Below, piece after piece: positions 63,381 through 64,000 of a stretch of 64,000 bases of DNA. Made by a program: the position numbers and the translations under genes. The notes beneath the pieces are model-generated. The model had not been told where the DNA came from, did not search any database, and saw only the letters and a program-made list of their open reading frames with translations. Source of the DNA: Lama guanicoe. Its lineage: Eukaryota. Within the stretch, counting starts at the first letter, position 1. The number at the start of each line of letters is the position of its first letter. The stretch is taken from NCBI GenBank assembly GCA_013239625.1, contig MU054098.1:124001-188000 (forward strand). Reading direction: 5' to 3'.

Positions 63381-64000
63381 AAAAGGTGAAAGATGAGCCA
63401 GTCAGATCCCTTGACTACAGTTTGTGGGGGCATATGATGCTAAAAGAAATTGGGTCCATGGGAATAAAGACATCGAAAAACGAAAAGACTGTCTGGAGTT
63501 TGGGGAGGTTTTTCATCAAGAAATTACAGGACTGCCCAAGAAAGTTCTGGTGCTGGTTCCCTGTTCACTGCATGGCTCCCTTCACAGTATTAGTTCTACC
63601 AGTGGAGACCTTTGGCACGACCCTCAGGAATGACAGTCAGAAGGCAGGTCGTCACTAGAGAAAGAAATGTTGGACATGACCAATAGAGAAGTATGTGATA
63701 CTTCCGAGCTTTAGTGCTTTAAGTTTAAGCAAGTAGAAGACAGTAATTGGAAGGTAGCTTCCAACCCTATGTCTATGTAGTGACATAGGTTTAGAAAATG
63801 TCACACAAGAACCATTTGGCCAATATTATGAGAGAAAAAAACTAAAGAGTAATTTAATAGCCATAAAGGATTTATGGAGTCCTATTAAAACAGAGTGGAA
63901 TTATGAGGGTCAAAGACAAAAAAATCACTATTTGAGGGATGAAAGGGTTGAGCACCTGAGTAGGTGATTCACATCCTAGAAAAGTGGGAGAGGAATTAGT

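Overview
AT-rich, CpG-depleted mammalian nuclear DNA, almost certainly camelid (alpaca/llama/camel). The basis is four copies of the camelid tRNA-derived (Vic-1-type) SINE and cetartiodactyl/camelid-type L1 3' ends. It reads as intergenic or deep-intronic sequence dominated by interspersed repeats: old and young L1, L2, MIR, ERVL/MaLR LTRs, an ERV1 solo LTR, and hAT and TcMar DNA-transposon fossils. I found no intact protein-coding gene, and the supplied ORFs are chance or repeat-derived. The one recognisable gene-derived sequence is a decayed, 5'-truncated retrocopy of B3GNTL1 (QTGAL) at about 48621-49545 (+). The most interesting structures are: (i) a ~400 bp TSD-flanked mini-L1 joining the L1 5' end to its 3' end, apparently through splicing (36092-36488, -); (ii) an orphan mRNA 3'-UTR retrocopy nested in an LTR and itself carrying a SINE (6442-6820, -); (iii) an acceptor-like sequence at the 5' end of the B3GNTL1 retrocopy; (iv) a CpG-retaining minus-strand terminal-exon/LTR-like element at about 4020-4930; and (v) several unusual L1 integration products. 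Repeat family names come from recalled consensus resemblance, not database searches, and boundaries of old repeats are approximate. I see no evidence for a novel multi-gene system.
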